NCBI GenBank assembly: GCA_045546155.1 | Contig: JAZQCG010000003.1 | Span: 4,727 to 68,726, forward strand | Direction of reading: 5' to 3' | Origin: Candidatus Enterousia sp. | Lineage (GTDB): Bacteria; Pseudomonadota; Alphaproteobacteria; Rs-D84 | Length of the DNA: 64,000 bases | Part shown: piece by piece, positions 58,558 to 64,000 of the stretch | Position numbering within the stretch: the first letter of the stretch is position 1 | Layout: each line of letters starts with the position of its first letter | Translations under genes and position numbers: made by a program | The notes under the pieces: model-generated | Seen by the model: the letters and a program-made list of their open reading frames with translations, nothing else | What the model was told of the DNA's origin: nothing | Database searches by the model: none

Positions 58558-58644
58558 TTCCCTGTTGCGCAGGTTGCGTATTTCTGGGCAAATTATGTGT
58601 CGTTCATCCTAAAACAGTTTCCGTTTATCGGAAGGAAGGGAGTC

Positions 58645-58684
58645 CCGTCGGTTTACGAGCAATCGTCCGACGGTGATTTTTTTT
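58645..58684 (+). terminator. Intrinsic terminator
   Basis: CCGTCGG..ACGA-gcaa-TCGT-CCGACGG followed by T-run. Confidence 0.65.
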
Positions 58685-58754
58685 ATTGGAAATCGTTCCT
58701 GGTGATTTTTATGCGTGTTTTATGCACAATTAAATCACAGAGGGAGAAATTACA

Positions 58755-59285
58755 ATGTTTATAAAATCAAAAATTTGTTTTACTGTATTTGTTGTTTATG
58801 AAATTGTCGCGATTACATTATTGCATTTTCAGCGAACCTGTGATGCGATGTTTACCACTGGTTTTTGCGACAGTAATTTTAAGTATTTTGCAGGTGCGGT
58901 CGCTGTGCCGTTGTTGGCATATTTAATATGGATGTGGATACGTGAAATTATTCATGCGCGTCGACGTCATCGCTTTATCGCGCGGGCCAAGCATTTGGTT
59001 GGAAATATCGCGTCGACTGTACATGAAAAATTGGGTGCGGTTTCATCCCAGGATATGGAACGTATTTTAACCATGGCGATATTATTTGGAATCAAGAAGT
59101 ATTCGGATCGTCATCCAAATTTGCGTTACGCAATTGGTGAAATAATTGGTGTAAATCAGGGGGTCGATATGGATTATGAATATGATATGGATACAGAAAA
59201 TGTTGTTGCAGCCCAGAAAAAATCTGCATCGCGTCGTAATGCGGTTGCGAAATCGTCTGGTCGCACAGTGAAAAAGAAAAAATAA
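58755..59285 (+). CDS. Hypothetical membrane protein
   Basis: GGGAG RBS; two TM segments; basic C-terminal tail. Confidence 0.75.
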   Translation: MFIKSKICFTVFVVYEIVAITLLHFQRTCDAMFTTGFCDSNFKYFAGAVAVPLLAYLIWMWIREIIHARRRHRFIARAKHLVGNIASTVHEKLGAVSSQDMERILTMAILFGIKKYSDRHPNLRYAIGEIIGVNQGVDMDYEYDMDTENVVAAQKKSASRRNAVAKSSGRTVKKKK

Positions 59286-59433
59286 TATGTTTTCTGTGTT
59301 TGTTATAAAAAATGTCCCACGGTAATTGTTTGTCGTGGGATTTTTGTTTTTTTTATGTGGTGGATTCTTTTCCAAACACTTGCGCGACCCTATCTGTTTG
59401 TGATATAATAAACCAAAAGGAATTTGGAAAGGG

Positions 59434-60570
59434 ATGAATATGTCACGCATTTTTGCCGGTTTTGCCGGCCTGATGATGGTCTTGCCTGCGGCGTTAAATG
59501 CGGCGTATCCGGTGTATTCGTCATATCAGCCGGCGCAAAATTATGGCGCGCCTGCGGGTGTGGTGCCTGTTGTAAATGGTGGGCAAATGCAGTATTTGCC
59601 ATCAAGTAATAGTCGTATTGTATCTGTGCCGAATAATGTTTCCCAGTATAATCAATATCGTTCCGTCGCGGCGGCCCAGCCAACGCGTATAACGGGGGCA
59701 TTGCCATACGTCGGGTCCAGTCAGACAACCGCCGGTCGTTCGTATTACCAGCCGGCTGATTATGAAAGATTAGCAGACAGCGGTCTGTATGTTGGTCTGT
59801 CTGTCGCTTATACTGCATCGTTAATCGGCGGGATGAGTGCGGATTACGTTGGCGAACAAAATGCCTTCTTTGTACCTGGTGCATTTGAAGAAGCTGATTT
59901 CCACTCTGATACCGTTATCCCACTTCAGGTTTCCGTTGGTGCGGCAATTAATAATGATTTTCGTGTAGATTTTTCGTATCTGCGTTATTCTGGTCTGGCA
60001 TACCCAACAATGGTTCGCACATTTGACGGGGAAAAAATGATTGATGCATCGGTTGATGGTGGTGCGATTACGTCTAATACAACGATGTTAAATGTTTATT
60101 ATAATATTGATTCTTATACCGGATATTTGGCGGGTGGCTCGTTGCGTCCATATATCGGCGCAGGTGTTGGTATTGCGTTAAACACGGTTGCGGATTACGT
60201 TGTTTATGATAACTCTTTTTATAGTGAAATGGACCCTATGGGGGCGGGTGCGGGCGATTTAACTGGTATATCGGATGTTTATGCATATCACAACGGTGGT
60301 ACGACCGAACAGCTTGCATTTATGCTAGAAGGTGGTTTAACCACAGAACTAGAAGGTGGTATGAAACTGGATCTTTATGTTCGTTATGCCAACCTGGGCA
60401 AGGTTAAAACATCTGGATCTATTATCGTTTCCCAGACGGAATGGTTGGGCGACGGTGCGGGCGGCGAATACGAAGCCCCGTATGACAGTGTTTTTCACTA
60501 TACCAATTGGTACGAAAGTGGGCGCTTAGGCATGGTTGACGTTGGTGCCCGCCTGCGGTTACAGTTCTAG
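59434..60570 (+). CDS. Outer membrane beta-barrel protein (OmpA-like/opacity-type)
   Basis: Signal peptide; MLNVYYNID, RPYIGAGVG, LDLYVRYANLG; C-terminal GARLRLQF. Confidence 0.8.
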   Translation: MNMSRIFAGFAGLMMVLPAALNAAYPVYSSYQPAQNYGAPAGVVPVVNGGQMQYLPSSNSRIVSVPNNVSQYNQYRSVAAAQPTRITGALPYVGSSQTTAGRSYYQPADYERLADSGLYVGLSVAYTASLIGGMSADYVGEQNAFFVPGAFEEADFHSDTVIPLQVSVGAAINNDFRVDFSYLRYSGLAYPTMVRTFDGEKMIDASVDGGAITSNTTMLNVYYNIDSYTGYLAGGSLRPYIGAGVGIALNTVADYVVYDNSFYSEMDPMGAGAGDLTGISDVYAYHNGGTTEQLAFMLEGGLTTELEGGMKLDLYVRYANLGKVKTSGSIIVSQTEWLGDGAGGEYEAPYDSVFHYTNWYESGRLGMVDVGARLRLQF

Positions 60571-60630
60571 TATAAAAGAAAACAAGGGTGCATATATTGT
60601 GCCCTGTGTTGTTACAAAGGATAAGGGGCA

Positions 60631-62472
60631 ATGGCGCACACAAAATCATTTTTGTATTATTCTTTATTGTCAGCATTGGTATTGATGCCATCGGATTCCT
60701 ATTCTGCAATGAAAATTAGCAACAAATCGCGCAGTTATGCGGATGCCTATAACCAGGTGAACGAAGTTCGTGCATCTGTTGCCGCCCCCACTGTTACCAG
60801 TGCGCACAGCGATGATTTGGGTGTTGTTGGTAAAACTGAAAATTCTGATACAGGTGTAGATTTGCCAATTCGTGTTGCGAACCAAACGCTGGCATCGCAA
60901 ATTGCACGTGGCGAAAGCTCGACTGTAACAGTCGGCCAGCTGGAAAAATGTGCCGCTGTATATCCAAATGGCGAATTTACATGGGATATGCCAACGGCGG
61001 GTACGCGTGGCGGCACTGGGTCTCAGTGTACAGCGGTTGTTGAAATGCGTGGCTATCAAATGGGACCGGGCGGGGAGAATTTGGTTTTGGCCCGTGTAAA
61101 TGTAGCATCCGGGGACAGTGTTAAATGTAATATTTCTGCGTGGCCTGAATATTCGTATTTGCCGGCGGCTGGTACAATTGAATTTCCAAATGATGCCGAA
61201 CCAACCGTCGAAGACGTGATTCAGGTTATGAACCAAGAACAAAAGCAGCATGCTGGGATAAAAATTGCGGCTGGTACGGTGTTGGCCGCGGTTGCTGGAA
61301 ATGCCCTTGGTGCTAAAGAGGTTGGCAAAGATGCCATGTTTGGTGCAAACAAGGAAAAGTTACAATCAACTGCAATTGGTGGTCTGACGGGTGCTGCGAT
61401 TATGGCGGGCAATGTCTATGGTGGCAAGGTTGCCGGTGACATGATTTTGTCGGCTGGTGTTAATGCGGCGGCGGGCGGTTTAATTGGAAATATGGCGGCA
61501 TCTGGGGATGCGGTACTGAAAATCGAAAATTGCGAATACAAGGCTGATAATACCGCTGTTTCAGGTGCGGCCATTGTTGGAACGACCGCAACAGACACCG
61601 ACGAAGCGGACACGGGCAACGATGCAAAGAAAAAGGATAAAAAGTCGGGCTCTGGTAAATCGGACGCATCAAGCAATGGCCAGAAATGCTTGTGGGGCGT
61701 ATTGTTAAAAACAGGTCAAAAAGACGACACAAAAGAATATTTTTATAATATTGCTGACCAAGAAACCTATGAATGTGACAAAAATGGCGAAGAATTCACT
61801 AATTGTAAAATTTTTGCCAAAGATACTGCGGATATTTTCCCCGAAGGGTACAGCAAGGGTGATAAAGACACCAATGATGAAGAATATAATCTGCAAAAAA
61901 TTGACTCAGAAGGCTATAAAAAAACAACGCAAAGTTATAAATTAACTGAAACCACGCGGAAAATGGAGCTTGCAGGTGGTGTACCAAATGGTAGTGGTGA
62001 CAACAAGTATGTGAAAATTGCGGAATTTACAGTTGTCGAAGCAACCGAACCTGCGATGCTTGTTGGTGTTACAGACAAGGCCTTTGGTTGGAAAAAGAAG
62101 GATTGGAATAAGTTTTTAAAAGAAAATTCAAATGCAAAAATTATGGGACGTGGCGGCGATGGCCAGCCGGTTGCCCTGCAAGAAGAGGCTAAAATTGAAA
62201 ACTTTAGTCCAATGTACCTAGATGCCGAAGATGGTGCATTAATTGACTTAGGCAACAAGGCACGCTTGAAAAGCACATTAATTGGTGCCGGTGCCGGTGG
62301 GGCATTGGGGGCATTTACCGCATACCAGGGTGCTCAAGATGAAATTCAGCAACGCTGGGTTACCGCCGTGCGTGAATACAAAGATTCACTTCAAAAGGTC
62401 TTTTGTGCAACGGGGGATCGTTTCTTGACACACTATAATGATTTGGTGATTATCCCAGCCACAGCCGAATAA
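60631..62472 (+). CDS. Secreted protein with glycine-zipper segments
   Basis: Signal peptide; repeated GxxxG/AxxxG hydrophobic segments; paired Cys. Confidence 0.8.
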   Translation: MAHTKSFLYYSLLSALVLMPSDSYSAMKISNKSRSYADAYNQVNEVRASVAAPTVTSAHSDDLGVVGKTENSDTGVDLPIRVANQTLASQIARGESSTVTVGQLEKCAAVYPNGEFTWDMPTAGTRGGTGSQCTAVVEMRGYQMGPGGENLVLARVNVASGDSVKCNISAWPEYSYLPAAGTIEFPNDAEPTVEDVIQVMNQEQKQHAGIKIAAGTVLAAVAGNALGAKEVGKDAMFGANKEKLQSTAIGGLTGAAIMAGNVYGGKVAGDMILSAGVNAAAGGLIGNMAASGDAVLKIENCEYKADNTAVSGAAIVGTTATDTDEADTGNDAKKKDKKSGSGKSDASSNGQKCLWGVLLKTGQKDDTKEYFYNIADQETYECDKNGEEFTNCKIFAKDTADIFPEGYSKGDKDTNDEEYNLQKIDSEGYKKTTQSYKLTETTRKMELAGGVPNGSGDNKYVKIAEFTVVEATEPAMLVGVTDKAFGWKKKDWNKFLKENSNAKIMGRGGDGQPVALQEEAKIENFSPMYLDAEDGALIDLGNKARLKSTLIGAGAGGALGAFTAYQGAQDEIQQRWVTAVREYKDSLQKVFCATGDRFLTHYNDLVIIPATAE

Positions 62473-62500
62473 TAAAAATCCCCCAAATGGGGGATTTTTA
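62473..62500. terminator. Bidirectional terminator
   Basis: TAAAAATCCCCC-aaat-GGGGGATTTTTA. Confidence 0.85.
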
Positions 62501-62827
62501 CTAGTGACTTGCCACATGCAATATAACACTAAGCACAAACAGTATTGTAATCGCAGACATAATTATTTTCTGGGGGCGGTGCGATTTATCACCGTCGCAA
62601 TGTTCGCATTTGCACCGGCAATCGCGTGCCACCAGATACCACGAAAATATCAGCATTGCCCCCGATATGACAAACAAAAATGGTTCCCAGTCGTGTGGGA
62701 TTAAATGAAAGTGCGCGGATTCTGGCGCGATTAATCCAATAACAGACAACACAATTGGCATGCCACAGCAAAATATATGTGGGACGATTGATGCGATAAT
62801 TCCAATTTTAACGGCTTTGTTTTTCAT
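62501..62827 (-). CDS. MerC/MerT-like small metal transport membrane protein
   Basis: PHIFCCGMP in the first TM; CRCKCEHC loop; three TMs. Confidence 0.6.
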   Translation of the reverse strand: MKNKAVKIGIIASIVPHIFCCGMPIVLSVIGLIAPESAHFHLIPHDWEPFLFVISGAMLIFSWYLVARDCRCKCEHCDGDKSHRPQKIIMSAITILFVLSVILHVASH

Positions 62828-62942
62828 AAATATTCCTTTGTGCGTGCCATTATAATATAATTTTGCTGGCTGTAAATCATAAAATGTCAGGATAAAAATC
62901 AGCGTTGACAAAATATAAAAATGTATTATATTATTTGATGTT

Positions 62943-63872
62943 ATGTTTGATGTAATCAAGACCGCATATGCATTAAAAAATGGCGTTAATAAGCGCAGTG
63001 TTTATAATTGGCACGCGCCGGTGTTTTTGTTTACCAATGAAAATATTTCAGGGTATCTTGATAAAATGGATGATTTATCTGGAAAAAGCGTGCTTTCGGT
63101 CGCAGGCAGCGGTGATCATGCATTTGAATGTCTTTTGCGTGATGCAAAGTCGGTTGATACATTTGATGTCAATTACCTGCAAAAACATGTGATTGAGTTA
63201 AAGTCAAAGATGATTAAGCATTTGCCATATAAGTCATTTATGCGTTTCTTTTTTGACGAACGTTATTTTTTTGATCGTGAAATTATAAAGCCTATATGGC
63301 ATACTTTTTCGCCGGCACTTAAAATATTTTTGAACAAATATTACAAGACACAAAATCGTTCTTTGTTTCGTTATCATACTGCGCAATCTATGTTTTATGA
63401 TGTTGACAAGATTTCGTACATAAATGACGCATCAGCTTATAGTTGTCTGGGGCATAAAATGCCAACTAAAATAAATTTTACACACGCCGATTTGATTAAT
63501 GTTTCGGCTAAGTTTAATGGGACTTATGATACGATTTTGTTGTCGAACATATCAGAATACATGTATGATGAAATCCCCGATACAGCGGGCAAAATTATGG
63601 CATTTTATAATAATGTGTTGACACCAATTGCAGACAAGAACCTAAATCAAGACGGTGGCCAGATTTGTTTTAATTATGCATGGTGTGCGAATTCGGACGA
63701 TTATGCTAAAATGATTACAGCAATTCAGCGATATATGAAATATTCGATTGATAATTTTTATTCATCAGACCGCTTGATTGATATGGTTGTTGTGCCAACT
63801 GTGTGTAATGAATCATTAATGGCGTATGCGCGCCCAGATATTGCACTAACCCTTACACAAAAGGTGCGCTAA
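62943..63872 (+). CDS. SAM-dependent methyltransferase-like protein (DUF3419/BtaA-like)
   Basis: VLSVAGSGDHAF, VDTFDVNYLQ...ELK, YDTILLSNI. Confidence 0.7.
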   Translation: MFDVIKTAYALKNGVNKRSVYNWHAPVFLFTNENISGYLDKMDDLSGKSVLSVAGSGDHAFECLLRDAKSVDTFDVNYLQKHVIELKSKMIKHLPYKSFMRFFFDERYFFDREIIKPIWHTFSPALKIFLNKYYKTQNRSLFRYHTAQSMFYDVDKISYINDASAYSCLGHKMPTKINFTHADLINVSAKFNGTYDTILLSNISEYMYDEIPDTAGKIMAFYNNVLTPIADKNLNQDGGQICFNYAWCANSDDYAKMITAIQRYMKYSIDNFYSSDRLIDMVVVPTVCNESLMAYARPDIALTLTQKVR

Positions 63873-63874
63873 CT

Positions 63875-64000
63875 ATGTTTCGTCATATGCCTGACTTTAA
63901 TCATGATATTGTGCCGGCTGGCGGCAATCATAATGCTTTGGGGCGGGTGTACCTGTTTACAAATGAAAATATAGCGGACTATGTCAAAAAATTTGATATG
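63875..64000 (+). CDS. Partial tandem paralog of the preceding methyltransferase-like gene
   Basis: MFRHMPDFNHDIVPAGGNHNALGRVYLFTNENIADYVKKFDM shares V.LFTNENI..Y with 62943-63872; runs off the window edge. Confidence 0.7.
   Translation, partial: MFRHMPDFNHDIVPAGGNHNALGRVYLFTNENIADYVKKFDM

Noticed and set aside
58610-58645. SRP RNA suggested by CGGAAGGAAG
   Set aside because: Lacks the CAGGTCC...GCAGC flanks of helix 8; forms a different local hairpin

Overview
Gene-dense chromosomal window from an alphaproteobacterium (GapR/DUF2312, trnW-secE-nusG-rplKAJL-rpoBC, alpha-type L10 leader). Its fermentative enzymes (ppdK, pyk, phosphate butyryltransferase) and many Cys-rich secreted proteins suggest an uncultured host-associated anaerobe such as the Rs-D84/'Ca. 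Enterousia' group (inference). Housekeeping blocks (glyQS, rplU-rpmA, def-fmt-truA, pyrG, recR-rsmA, lspA-yidC, rpo cluster, rpmF-plsX, mraZ) alternate with accessory genes. Main points of interest: (1) a stand-alone, remodelled virB8-virB9-virB10 T4SS core, with VirB9 fused to a SPOR domain and VirB10 carrying Ig-like and Cys-rich extensions, plus scattered orphan genes sharing a short basic C-terminal tail; (2) a ~220-nt switch-like RNA leader with phage c4/CI-like architecture and a terminator, upstream of two small Cys-rich secreted proteins; (3) an RND pump lacking the canonical proton-relay residues, with a miniature adaptor; (4) a dispersed heptamer-repeat inverted-repeat element family; (5) cassette and att-like duplications near tRNA-Gln; (6) a tRNA-Trp with a 4-bp anticodon stem and A24. 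No CRISPR, integrase, transposase or rRNA was seen. All product calls come from motif recognition by eye, not from database searches.
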